From IMG/VR virus record IMGVR_UViG_3300020388_000025, positions 1 through 44,950 of that record: DNA of 44,950 nucleotides. One strand, 5' to 3'. A program made the translations under genes and the position numbers. This stretch comes from a virus (Duplodnaviria > Caudoviricetes). The notes under the pieces are model-generated. The model made no database searches. It was not told where the DNA came from and saw only the letters and a program-made list of their open reading frames with translations. Shown in pieces: positions 34,343 through 43,844 of this stretch (within the stretch, counting starts at the first letter, position 1; each line of letters begins with the position of its first letter).

Positions 34343-34395
34343 ATAGATTATATAATGTATAAAGTGGATAATTCAGTAATATATGGAGAAATAAA

Positions 34396-35298
34396 ATGTC
34401 GTTAGATAATTTAAAGAGTATGCGAGGCTCTTCAATAGATAAACTCGTAAAGGCAGCGGAAGCTGTATCCACCAGTAAACCAGATACTAATTCTTATGAA
34501 GATACTAGATTCTGGAAACCTACTAGAGATAAAGCAGGAAACGGATATGCCGTGATTAGATTCTTGCCCGCAAAAGAAGGCGAAGACCTTCCTTGGGTTA
34601 GATATTGGGATCATGGTTTTAAGGGACCTACTGGACTATGGTATATCGAAAACTCATTAACTTCTGTTGGTCAGCAAGACCCAGTATCAGAAGCTAATTC
34701 TGTTTTATGGAATACAGGTAGGGACGAGGATAAGGCTTTAGCTAGAGAAAGAAAGAGAAGGTTACATTACGTAAGTAATATTCTTGTCATTTCTGATCCA
34801 GATAATCCACAGAACGAAGGTAAAGTTTATCTTTATAAGTTCGGTAAGAAAATCTTTGATAAAATTATGGATGTTATGCAACCACAATTTGCAGACGAAT
34901 CACCAGTAAATCCTTATGATTTCTGGGAAGGCGCTGATTTTAAAATCAAGATCAGAAAAGTTGAAGGTTGGGTAAACTATGATAAGTCAGAATTCAGTAA
35001 AGCAACTGCTTTATATGAAGGTGATGAAAATAGATTAACTGAAACTTATGACCAGTTACATTCTTTAACTGAGTTCACGAATGCTGAGAACTACAAAACT
35101 TATGACGAACTTAAAGCTAAGTTTAACAGAGTATTAGGTATCGATGCAGGAGCTTCTATGGATGCTCCGGTAATGCAATCTGCAGAACCAGCAACTCAAC
35201 CAGTATCTGATGGGCAACCATTTGTAGATACACCAGTTGATAATGGTAATGAAGAAGAAGATACATTAAGTTATTTTGCTAAGTTAGCCAATGAATAA
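34396..35298 (+). CDS. gp32: Single-stranded DNA-binding protein gp32
   Basis: DKAGNGYAVIRFLP, GLWYIENSLT, YKFGKKIFDKI, NYDKSEF, acidic tail LSYFAKLA. Confidence 0.97.
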   Translation: MSLDNLKSMRGSSIDKLVKAAEAVSTSKPDTNSYEDTRFWKPTRDKAGNGYAVIRFLPAKEGEDLPWVRYWDHGFKGPTGLWYIENSLTSVGQQDPVSEANSVLWNTGRDEDKALARERKRRLHYVSNILVISDPDNPQNEGKVYLYKFGKKIFDKIMDVMQPQFADESPVNPYDFWEGADFKIKIRKVEGWVNYDKSEFSKATALYEGDENRLTETYDQLHSLTEFTNAENYKTYDELKAKFNRVLGIDAGASMDAPVMQSAEPATQPVSDGQPFVDTPVDNGNEEEDTLSYFAKLANE

Positions 35299-35344
35299 GT
35301 CATAGTCGGCGAGGCTGTATAAGTGCACTTATTACAGTCGGAAG

Positions 35345-35368
35345 AAGGACCTTCGGGTCCTTTTTTTT
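35345..35368 (+). terminator. Rho-independent terminator
   Basis: AAGGACC-TTCG-GGTCCTT with a T8 run (C-UUCG-G loop), between convergent units. Confidence 0.92.
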
Positions 35369-35465
35369 ATTTAGTGTTACAGTGAAGTTTATCTGCTTTG
35401 CGTTGAAAAGACTTTTCTATTTGTCTGTCAAACCAGGTACGAAACCATTGTCTTAATTTACCCAT
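35367..35465 (-). CDS. Possible 32-aa peptide
   Basis: MGKLRQWFRTWFDRQIEKSFQRKADKLHCNTK directly after the tape measure stop. Confidence 0.45.
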   Translation of the reverse strand: MGKLRQWFRTWFDRQIEKSFQRKADKLHCNTK

Positions 35466-35468
35466 AAT

Positions 35469-37520
35469 TTAATCCGAATTTGTTGCTGAATTTGATATCT
35501 GTCTGCCTTCAGCTTCTAAACCAACAACTGTAGAATTTGATGTAGCTATTGATACTGGAGCATTTGATATTTGATTAATAATAACTGGTGAACCCATACC
35601 TGCTGCAGCTCCAGAAGAATATAATTCTAATCCCTGTGCAACATTTACACTTGATAATTGTCTTGCAGAATCGTTTACTCTTTCCATTCCATCTGCTAAT
35701 TGATTAAAAGCATTTGCAACCTTTAATAATTGTACTGTTTGATCTTGACCTTCTGTTATATATTCACCATATATATAACCATCCTCAGAAATACTACCAC
35801 CAGCTAATAAGGTCATAGCATTTGAAAATTCAACTAGATTTTCTATTGTATCACTATCTATTTTAAATGCACCTGATTCTATATTTCCTAATTTAGTAAA
35901 TCCTTCTGAAAGAGTAGTTAAACTATTTGCACCCTTTTCTAGTTCATCACTTTTATCTGCAATGTCCATAGCCATTACTAATGGAGAAGTATTACCACTT
36001 AAGAAGTTTAATGCCTTTGCACCAAAGGATGCTAATGCTCCAGTAAATTCATCTGAACCAAAATTAGCAATACCATCACCAATTATACCCATAGCATCTT
36101 TCACATCTTCTGCATCTTTTATCATATCAGTTCTATCATCACCAATAGATAATAGAGTAGTTACTTTATCTTTTATCTCTTGTGCAAAATTACCATCTTT
36201 TGACATAAAGTTTGAAAGACCTGAACCAACTCCTGCAATTGCTGAACCAACTCCAAAGACTCCTAGCCCAGCGCCAATACCTGCCATTGCTAAAAAGAAG
36301 TCAGAACTTTCACCAATAAATGAATCGCCTGATTCTTCTATCGCATCGTCTATTGATAATAATATTAATACATTGTCTTTAACTTGTTGTGCAAACAAAT
36401 CACCAGTTCCACTAAATTTAGCTATACCTTCAGCGGCACCTTGTCCTAATCCTGCTACTGCAGCTCCTCCACCAAAGAGTGCAAGACCAGCTGCGATTGT
36501 GGTCATGGCAGCTAAAAATACAGCACTTTCGCCGATTAGATTTCCTTTACCACCTACTTCTTCATCAATAGATAATAATGTTATTACGTTCTTTTTGATT
36601 GTATCTGCAAAAGTTTGATCTGAACTAAAATGATTAATACCTTCTGCGGCTCCAGTACCTATTGCTGCTGTAGCTGAGCCTCCTCCAAATAATGCGAGAC
36701 CGGCTGCTATTGTAGTCATGGCAACTAAAAAAGCACCACCCTTAAGTATGAAATCAAAATTACCACCAGCAGCTTCGTTTATAGATAGTAAAGTTAATAC
36801 ATTATCTTTAATACTTTGACCATCAAAGCCAGCAAATTTCTCAGCTGCTCCTGCCGCGGCTGAACCAACTCCAAATACTCCAAGACCAATACCTAATCCA
36901 CCTAATACTACAGCAAGGGTTCCACCTTCTGCATAGAATTTAAGTAATGAACCTTCACCATCAGCTTTAGGTACTATTTCTAAAATCTCTTTTACATTAC
37001 CAGAGACTTTTTTCATATCAACTGTTTCAAATTCTTTTAAAGCTTTTGCTGATGCAAAGAGAGCAATCCCTATTCCGGCTGCTGCGATACCCGCACCCGC
37101 GAGGGCTCCACCCATCTTACCAAGCATTGAACCTCTATTCTTAGATTCTTTTGCTTGAGTTTTAGAAGCTTTAGCTGTTTCTTCACCTGTTTCAGTCTGT
37201 TGTATTAATATTTTATTTGTTTCTATTCTATCTTGTTCTTCTTCAAATGCATTTTCGGATGCTTCCATCTTTTGTGATTTAAAGACATTTGCAATATCTT
37301 TTAATAATTGTTCTTGGTTTGGTAAGGTTTGAATAGCTGATTCAACATTTTTGTTCTGCTCTAAGATAGCAGCTTGTGTTGCTTCCTCTGCAGGTTTTTC
37401 TTTTCCGAAAAGATTTTTCTTAGAAAAAACAGAAGTCAACTCTTTCAAGTCTTTCTTACGATTCATTTCTTCCTCGTTTCCAGCTCCTGTTTTTCCGAAC
37501 GCCTTATCAAATTCAGCCAT
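35469..37520 (-). CDS. Tape measure / baseplate hub protein (gp29-like)
   Basis: Ala/Gly-rich helical ~75-aa repeats (KxNVxTLLSI); lies downstream of gp26/gp51. Confidence 0.7.
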   Translation of the reverse strand: MAEFDKAFGKTGAGNEEEMNRKKDLKELTSVFSKKNLFGKEKPAEEATQAAILEQNKNVESAIQTLPNQEQLLKDIANVFKSQKMEASENAFEEEQDRIETNKILIQQTETGEETAKASKTQAKESKNRGSMLGKMGGALAGAGIAAAGIGIALFASAKALKEFETVDMKKVSGNVKEILEIVPKADGEGSLLKFYAEGGTLAVVLGGLGIGLGVFGVGSAAAGAAEKFAGFDGQSIKDNVLTLLSINEAAGGNFDFILKGGAFLVAMTTIAAGLALFGGGSATAAIGTGAAEGINHFSSDQTFADTIKKNVITLLSIDEEVGGKGNLIGESAVFLAAMTTIAAGLALFGGGAAVAGLGQGAAEGIAKFSGTGDLFAQQVKDNVLILLSIDDAIEESGDSFIGESSDFFLAMAGIGAGLGVFGVGSAIAGVGSGLSNFMSKDGNFAQEIKDKVTTLLSIGDDRTDMIKDAEDVKDAMGIIGDGIANFGSDEFTGALASFGAKALNFLSGNTSPLVMAMDIADKSDELEKGANSLTTLSEGFTKLGNIESGAFKIDSDTIENLVEFSNAMTLLAGGSISEDGYIYGEYITEGQDQTVQLLKVANAFNQLADGMERVNDSARQLSSVNVAQGLELYSSGAAAGMGSPVIINQISNAPVSIATSNSTVVGLEAEGRQISNSATNSD

Positions 37521-37529
37521 TGCTTATCC

Positions 37530-37907
37530 TTATTTTCCGCCGAATGCTTTACCAGCTTCACTAATACCAAATGCACCTAGTGTTACTACTACGAATGACG
37601 TGTATATGGTATCAGATATTTTCAAATCCATATCCCAGAATGCTGTGAGTAAATCACACATTCCAAATACTGTCATTAAACTAAAAGATATAAAACCTAT
37701 AATTGATTTTTCATTTATGTCATTATCGTCTAAAAATAAATCCATAAACTTTCTTTTAGGTGGTGCTAATTGTTTTCGAGCCGCTTCAGCTTCGAGTTTC
37801 ATTTCTTTAATTGTATCTTCGGATTGGTCGAGTTTATCGATCAATGCCATATACTTATCTAAATCAATTTCAACTTCATTTCTACTATTGTCTTGATTAT
37901 CAGCCAT
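37530..37907 (-). CDS. Coiled-coil plus two-TM membrane protein
   Basis: DDNDINEKSIIGFISF...SFVVVTLGAFGI. Confidence 0.7.
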   Translation of the reverse strand: MADNQDNSRNEVEIDLDKYMALIDKLDQSEDTIKEMKLEAEAARKQLAPPKRKFMDLFLDDNDINEKSIIGFISFSLMTVFGMCDLLTAFWDMDLKISDTIYTSFVVVTLGAFGISEAGKAFGGK

Positions 37908-38031
37908 TTCTATTCCTCATTTTTTCATTTTCTGTTTCTATATGTACCTTGAGCATTGAAGTATAAACCTCCCTCTCCCACGGCATCATATTATCTAGTT
38001 CTTGTAACTTATAATTATGATGTTGCATCAT
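37900..38031 (-). CDS. gp51: gp51-like baseplate/tail assembly chaperone segment (frame stays open upstream to at least 38091)
   Basis: MMQHHNYKLQELDNMMPWEREVY motif; not in the ORF track. Confidence 0.8.
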   Translation of the reverse strand: MMQHHNYKLQELDNMMPWEREVYTSMLKVHIETENEKMRNRNG

Positions 38032-38078
38032 CGCAAAATTCGTTTGGTAATGGTTTACCAGCGTATCATGCGAGAGGC

Positions 38079-38786
38079 TTAGGTAAAAAAACTTTGTAGT
38101 CCTCTTAACTCAACTTTATTCTTATGCCCACAAGCGGTACATTCTATTTCATCATTATATGTCATGCTTGGTATTGAAACAAAAAACTCTTGTATCTTTG
38201 CAAATTGAGAACTTGAAAATGATTCAATGAAATCCATTAAATCTTCTCTTGTTTCTTCATCTGCATTATATACATTGTCTTCGTCAAATATTGTTTTTAC
38301 ACAAACACTTATCAAATCCATTAATCCTTCTACTGAATCTAATTTAGATAAATCTAATTTTTCAAGATTTTCCATAGTTGGATATCTCATAGTGAGGCCA
38401 ACTTTTTTATCTTCATCTAGCATGAAGGTGTTTTCTTTATCGATGTTATCAATTTTAACTGCATCGATATTAACACTATAATCATTTAAATTATCACATT
38501 CTTCACATTTCATTCTTAGTGCTATATTTTCACCAACTGATTTTGCTCTCAATTGTAAAAATAAATACTCTAAGTCAAAGGATGTTAATTGTTTTGCATC
38601 CTTTAAATCATAACAAGACATGATTAAATTTTTCACTGCATTTTGAATTTGCATTGCATCCTTAGATTCTAATGCTATCAATAATATTTTTTCTTCTTTG
38701 ACCAAATATGGTCTCATATTTAATTGTTCGCCAGTTGAAGGTAATTTAACCTTATACTGAGGAACACTCAATTTTGGTAATGCCAT
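38079..38786 (-). CDS. gp26: gp26-like baseplate hub assembly protein
   Basis: MALPKL...LPSTG...RPYLVKEEKILL, FDLEYLFLQLRAKSVGE, two CxxC, LRGLQSFF. Confidence 0.88.
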   Translation of the reverse strand: MALPKLSVPQYKVKLPSTGEQLNMRPYLVKEEKILLIALESKDAMQIQNAVKNLIMSCYDLKDAKQLTSFDLEYLFLQLRAKSVGENIALRMKCEECDNLNDYSVNIDAVKIDNIDKENTFMLDEDKKVGLTMRYPTMENLEKLDLSKLDSVEGLMDLISVCVKTIFDEDNVYNADEETREDLMDFIESFSSSQFAKIQEFFVSIPSMTYNDEIECTACGHKNKVELRGLQSFFT

Positions 38787-38810
38787 TATATATTTCTCCT
38801 ATTAATTATA

Positions 38811-39458
38811 TTATCCAAATATTTTACCTGGTATAGCCGACCTTATTGCAGATAGGCTACTACCTATTGTATCTTCAACAATAAACTTATCATATGACAT
38901 TGTAATTTCAACTTTACTTTCTCCACCAGACGCACTGGTTAATTGCATTGCTCCAACACTTGATGGGAATGCATCTTTTAAAACCGCACCATAGACGATT
39001 TCATTTTCTTGGTTAAGTTGCTGTATTACAACATCACAAGTATAATCATCTTTATATCCTAAAGAATTTGTTTCACTGTTTACAATTGCTTCTTGCCAAT
39101 CATCAACCATTCTTTTTACATAAAAATCATTTGTGACCAGAAATGAAAAACTAACATCTGCGTCACTATATCCTTGAACTCTTTTTTCTCTATGCTTACC
39201 AGTAAATTGAAAATCACTTGTAGTTAAAGACCTAGATGGTAAGCTAGCACTTTCACATAAAAGTGTAAGTGATCTAGGATCTGTAATTAATTGGTTCTTA
39301 TTAAAGTCACCTCTAACTAAACTACCAAGTATAGCACCAAAATCAATATTAATTAGTGCTTGAGTGGGTGGAGTGAAGATAACATTAAACCTATTAGTTC
39401 TTCCAATACCACCACGATTATTAATCTCTGCTTTTAAATCATCTATTGAACTAGCCAT
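38811..39458 (-). CDS. Tail tube-like baseplate-tube initiator (gp54/gp19 family)
   Basis: GGIGRTNRF, LCESASLPSR, DDWQEAI, LKDAFPSSVG. Confidence 0.75.
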   Translation of the reverse strand: MASSIDDLKAEINNRGGIGRTNRFNVIFTPPTQALINIDFGAILGSLVRGDFNKNQLITDPRSLTLLCESASLPSRSLTTSDFQFTGKHREKRVQGYSDADVSFSFLVTNDFYVKRMVDDWQEAIVNSETNSLGYKDDYTCDVVIQQLNQENEIVYGAVLKDAFPSSVGAMQLTSASGGESKVEITMSYDKFIVEDTIGSSLSAIRSAIPGKIFG

Positions 39459-39459
39459 C

Positions 39460-40050
39460 TTATCCCTTTGCTATACTTATACTATCTTTAAATACTTTAT
39501 TTAATCCAGCTTTACTGAAATGTTCTGTTGGCAAGAATATTGCTATTTCCCAGTCCGTCATAGGAACACGAGTAATATTTGATTTAACATGTTCACCAAG
39601 ATATCTTTTATAACATGGTTTAAATTCTTTAAACTTAGATGCACCTTTTAAAAGACTATATCTTAATTTTGTTAACCTAGATTTTTCGTTTGGTTCTTCT
39701 GGACCTAATTTTAATAATTCATCAAGGAAAGCAGCTCTAACATCAGGTCTTAGATAATGCAAATTCAATGCATCAAATCCATTCTTGTTTACATCAACTA
39801 TAATTGATAATGGAAACTTATCATAGTATGGTAAGACATCTTTATATTTAGGGTCATATGCATACATTATCATATCACCTAATTGTACTGATGTTGCTTT
39901 CTTTAATGCAGGGTCGCTTAAGACTTTGGTACGACTAACATTCAAATTACGAACATTATTCATAAACCATTTTTGGGCTTCTTTAGACCTAGGATTAACT
40001 CTAGCTCTGTATGCCGCGGACGAAATCTTATCAAATAAACTATCTGCCAT
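39460..40050 (-). CDS. gp2: DNA end protector gp2
   Basis: YDPKYKDVLPYYDKFPL, LNLHYL, PCYKRYL, WEIAIFLPTEHF. Confidence 0.92.
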   Translation of the reverse strand: MADSLFDKISSAAYRARVNPRSKEAQKWFMNNVRNLNVSRTKVLSDPALKKATSVQLGDMIMYAYDPKYKDVLPYYDKFPLSIIVDVNKNGFDALNLHYLRPDVRAAFLDELLKLGPEEPNEKSRLTKLRYSLLKGASKFKEFKPCYKRYLGEHVKSNITRVPMTDWEIAIFLPTEHFSKAGLNKVFKDSISIAKG

Positions 40051-40055
40051 ATCTT

Positions 40056-40063
40056 TATTTATA
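40056..40063 (-). promoter_or_regulatory. T4-type late promoter
   Basis: TATAAATA on the minus strand, 5 nt before the gp2 ATG. Confidence 0.75.
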
Positions 40064-40067
40064 ACAG

Positions 40068-40508
40068 TTAGAGTATCTTTATGCCTAGATTTCTTAAAGT
40101 TTCTTCTGTCCAGACTTGAAATTCCCAGCCATTATGTTTTGCGAACTTATCGGCTGCATTCCATTTATCTTGATTACGAGAAAAAGTTAAAGCTTCATTA
40201 ATATATCTTTTAGTCTTTCTTGATTTTTTAACAGGTGGAACTGTTTGATTTTTTGGTTTGATTTCAATTAAATAGATTTTTTTGTTTTCCATTTCTATTA
40301 ATAGATCAACAAAGTATCTATGTAATTTTCTATCTATTGTACATTTATATGGAACTACCACTCCTTCGCTATTCCACAATTTAACTTTTGGATTATCTTC
40401 ACACCAACGAAAGGCATTTCTTTCCCATAATGATCTAAATACCACATTCGAAACGTCACCAGCATACTTTTCTGGTTTTTTAATTTTGTATTTACCCTTG
40501 TAACTCAT
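40068..40508 (-). CDS. gp4: Head completion nuclease gp4
   Basis: YKGKY...PEKYAGD...RSLWE, HRYFVD, IEIKPKNQT, NQDKWNAA. Confidence 0.93.
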   Translation of the reverse strand: MSYKGKYKIKKPEKYAGDVSNVVFRSLWERNAFRWCEDNPKVKLWNSEGVVVPYKCTIDRKLHRYFVDLLIEMENKKIYLIEIKPKNQTVPPVKKSRKTKRYINEALTFSRNQDKWNAADKFAKHNGWEFQVWTEETLRNLGIKIL

Positions 40509-40540
40509 ATAAATAACTCTATAGTAAATATTTATTTATA
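40508..40540. promoter_or_regulatory. Pair of oppositely oriented late promoters
   Basis: TATAAATA on + at 40508-40515 and on - at 40533-40540, between the divergent gp4 and gp48 genes. Confidence 0.75.
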
Positions 40541-40551
40541 AAGGATAAAAC

Positions 40552-41481
40552 ATGGCCGACGAAAAAACACCTCCATTAGTTCCAGACGAGATATTAAGAT
40601 ATCCACTAAATTTACAAGACGAAGCTAATAATGGTATTATAAAAATTACAATTAAAGAGCGAAGAGCTAGTCAGATTATGAAACATATTTTTTTACCAAT
40701 GCCAACTGGGTTTAATATATCTGATGGTGCTAGCTTTACAAACTTTGAAAGAAGTGGGATGTCAATGGGTGCAAAAGTTATCGAGGAAGGTGTGGCTGGA
40801 TTTTTAAGTGGTGGTGTACAAGGTGGATTGGATGCAATGGGATTAAACTCGAGAGGTGCTGGAATGGACGATATTACTGGGGGTGCTTCTGCTTTTGCAG
40901 CTGATACTGCAGCATTAGGATTACTTTATTTTGGTGGAATGCCTTTAGGTGCTGGTCAGATGGCACAAGAAGCAGCATTTACAGCCGGGGCAGCAATAGA
41001 TAAAGGCGCAAGAAGTAGATTCCAAGAGAATACTATAAGAGAATATAATCTTACTATACAAATGTCACCAAAAAGCGAAAAAGAAAATCAAGCAATAGAT
41101 AAAATAATAAAAATGTTAAGAGGATATAGTTATGCAAATAGAGGTACTAATACATTTGCATTAGATTATCCACCAGAAGTTTTAGTAGAATTTTATCATG
41201 GTCCGGGAAAAATAAATGAATTTATGCCAGTTTTAATGCCATCATATTTAAAATCTGTTGCAACAACATATAATCCTAATACCTTTGGAATGCATGCCGA
41301 TGGTGGAATGGAACAATATGATTTAGCATTAAGCTTCGGAGAGATCAAGCGTCTAACAAGAGATGAGCTTGAGGTTTTAGAAAGTAACAAATTATCTGAT
41401 AATAGACATAATGAATTATATCTTGAGCAACAACTAATTGCAGCTGGATTAAAGACAGTAGAAAATAAAGTCAAGGGATAG
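40552..41481 (+). CDS. gp48: Baseplate tail-tube cap (gp48-like)
   Basis: LRYPL, IFLPMP, MSPKSEKE, YPPEV, TYNPN, LSFGEI; synteny 4-48-53. Confidence 0.75.
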   Translation: MADEKTPPLVPDEILRYPLNLQDEANNGIIKITIKERRASQIMKHIFLPMPTGFNISDGASFTNFERSGMSMGAKVIEEGVAGFLSGGVQGGLDAMGLNSRGAGMDDITGGASAFAADTAALGLLYFGGMPLGAGQMAQEAAFTAGAAIDKGARSRFQENTIREYNLTIQMSPKSEKENQAIDKIIKMLRGYSYANRGTNTFALDYPPEVLVEFYHGPGKINEFMPVLMPSYLKSVATTYNPNTFGMHADGGMEQYDLALSFGEIKRLTRDELEVLESNKLSDNRHNELYLEQQLIAAGLKTVENKVKG

Positions 41482-41491
41482 GAGATAACTA

Positions 41492-42445
41492 ATGTTTTTT
41501 AAAAATTTTCCAAATGAAAAATACGACTTTGATGGCCAAGGTAAATTTCAGAATATAAAAAATATCTTTAGAAGTGTAAGAGCACTTCCTACATTTATAG
41601 ATGAGTTTACATCTTATAAATTATATGATATAATAAACGGAGAACGACCTGATATTATTTCAACAAAATTATATGGTCGACCAGATTTCTATTGGACATT
41701 CTTTGTCATAAATGATTTTCTACATGATGGTTATAGAGCATGGCCATTAGCACAAGAAGATTTACTAGAGTATTTAGAAAAACAATACGAAGGATATGTT
41801 ATAACAACAGATCCTAAGCCTGAACCAGACCCAGATGGATTAGACGATTATAGTAATAATTCAATTGCAGGTAGATTTGATCTTGGTTCTATTATCCATG
41901 GTGTTACTTCAGGGTGTCGTGGCACTCTTGTTAAAAAAGATATAGATATGAATCAATTAGTGATTCAAGATGTTACTCTTGGTTCAGCTGGTTTCCACCC
42001 AATTACTGGTAATTCTGATAATTCAGTATTAGGTGGTGCTTTTATTGGAGATGGAGATGCAACAGAACAAATTAAACAATCAGCTCCAGTTGAAGAAACA
42101 GTAGATTCATATAAAATTTATACATATGCAGATGCTCCTTATAAGTATTATCTTACAACAGATGCTGAAAAGAAAGCAGTAACTAATCAAACATTTATAA
42201 ACCCTACAAGATTAGATGTATCACCAAATGTACATGCAGATAAAGTTCAAATAGCAAAGACTTCTGAAAATGGTACACCAATTTTTCAAAATAGAAATAC
42301 AACAATAGACGAAAATTTTATTTCTTTTCAAACAAACAGAGAATATGAATCAGAACTCAATGATGCTAGATCACAAATAAGAGTTATTGATCCAAATTAT
42401 ATTGGACAATTTGTAGATAGATTTAATAAATTAATAAACGAATAA
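41492..42445 (+). CDS. gp53: Baseplate wedge subunit gp53
   Basis: FFKNFP, GERPDIISTKLYG...YWTFFVIN...WPL, TNREYESELND. Confidence 0.88.
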   Translation: MFFKNFPNEKYDFDGQGKFQNIKNIFRSVRALPTFIDEFTSYKLYDIINGERPDIISTKLYGRPDFYWTFFVINDFLHDGYRAWPLAQEDLLEYLEKQYEGYVITTDPKPEPDPDGLDDYSNNSIAGRFDLGSIIHGVTSGCRGTLVKKDIDMNQLVIQDVTLGSAGFHPITGNSDNSVLGGAFIGDGDATEQIKQSAPVEETVDSYKIYTYADAPYKYYLTTDAEKKAVTNQTFINPTRLDVSPNVHADKVQIAKTSENGTPIFQNRNTTIDENFISFQTNREYESELNDARSQIRVIDPNYIGQFVDRFNKLINE

Positions 42446-42446
42446 T

Positions 42447-43844
42447 ATGACTATAGGTAGTGGACAATCAGATAATGTTAATGCACCAAACTTTTCACCT
42501 AAGAATTATTTAGTAAAACATATTAAATTATTACGTGAAGGTTTAGGCGGTAATGAAATAGGCCAGCGTGCAATAGAACTGACTCAAATAGTTAAGAAAA
42601 TAGAAATCAACGAAAGCATTTATAAGAATGGAATTACAGTTGATATTTCTGTTGCAGATTCAAATAAAATTTTAGATAGACTTAGAATAAATGGTACAGA
42701 GAAGATTGCTTTAAATATAGCTAGAAATGCAGAAGTCAATAGTGAAGAGTTTAAATTAAATTTATCAGTTATTAACATAGATAGTTTTTCTATGCCGACA
42801 CCAGGAATGCAAACTTATGTTTTAAGATGTGTATCAGATTATATAGTTGAAAATCAAAGTAAAGTTATTTCGGAAGAATTTAGTGATGTAAGTAATAAAA
42901 TTAAAAACATAGCTATGTCAGCATTAAACATAGATGAAAAAGATTTAAAAATTGCAGCTACATCTGAATCAGTAAAAGGTATTATACCAAAAATGAAACC
43001 TTTATCAGCAATTAATTGGTTGACAAGAAATATTACTGATAGTGGCTTACCATATTATTTTTATCAAACATCAAATGGTCAAGTACATTTAAAATCACAA
43101 TTAGAAATGCTAGGAGATGAACATAGCGATAGAGATTATATTAATAGTAATCATATTCCAATGTATAGTTTTGCAGATAAATTACAAAATACAACTGATA
43201 AATTTTATGAAGCTGAAAAATTTAGAATAGATAAATTAAATTCAAAGTTAAACTTTTCAGGATTTTCAAATATTGCAAATGGTGTATTAGGTAGTAAAAA
43301 ATATTCCGTAGATATTTTTGAAAAGAATTATTTACCTGCTGTAACACACAATTATAGTGATGATAATAAAAAATTACTAAATTCAGAAAAACCATTTCCA
43401 AGTAAATATATTGAAGGTAAAGAATTTTCTGGTAGAAATTTTTATCTTAATTTAAACAGTGGTGCTTTTGATAATGGTAATAATTATCACGATATTATAA
43501 ATGCAACAATACAACAAAGAGAACAATACTTAAATGGTATTGATAGTCATTCACAAGAAATTGTAATACCAGGTGATTTTAATATTTCGGTTGGTAAAAC
43601 TATTTTCTTAAAAATATTATCTAACACATTTGAAGATGATGACTTGGGGCCTAATGAAGATAATACTACAGAAGATAGAGGTGCATCTGGTGCATATATG
43701 ATATCTTCTATTGTACATACCTTTACACCTCAAAGTTTTATATCAAGAGTAGTTTGCAAAAAAGATTCTTTTATTGATAACCAAGATAATCCAATTGATT
43801 ATTTTGCAACCGATGAAAGCACGAGAACAAAGGAAGGTATATAA
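42447..43844 (+). CDS. Baseplate hub protein (gp27-like)
   Basis: INESIY, INGTEKI, YYFYQT, IPGDFNISVG, SGAYMISSIVHTF; lies before gp5. Confidence 0.7.
   Translation: MTIGSGQSDNVNAPNFSPKNYLVKHIKLLREGLGGNEIGQRAIELTQIVKKIEINESIYKNGITVDISVADSNKILDRLRINGTEKIALNIARNAEVNSEEFKLNLSVINIDSFSMPTPGMQTYVLRCVSDYIVENQSKVISEEFSDVSNKIKNIAMSALNIDEKDLKIAATSESVKGIIPKMKPLSAINWLTRNITDSGLPYYFYQTSNGQVHLKSQLEMLGDEHSDRDYINSNHIPMYSFADKLQNTTDKFYEAEKFRIDKLNSKLNFSGFSNIANGVLGSKKYSVDIFEKNYLPAVTHNYSDDNKKLLNSEKPFPSKYIEGKEFSGRNFYLNLNSGAFDNGNNYHDIINATIQQREQYLNGIDSHSQEIVIPGDFNISVGKTIFLKILSNTFEDDDLGPNEDNTTEDRGASGAYMISSIVHTFTPQSFISRVVCKKDSFIDNQDNPIDYFATDESTRTKEGI

Noticed and set aside
34343-34395. T4-style gp32 autoregulatory pseudoknot
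   Set aside because: The leader is AT-rich, but no convincing pairing or repeats are visible.
35962-37896. Long + strand ORFs (218 aa, 181 aa)
   Set aside because: Antisense shadows of the tape measure and neighbouring gene; no RBS or motifs.
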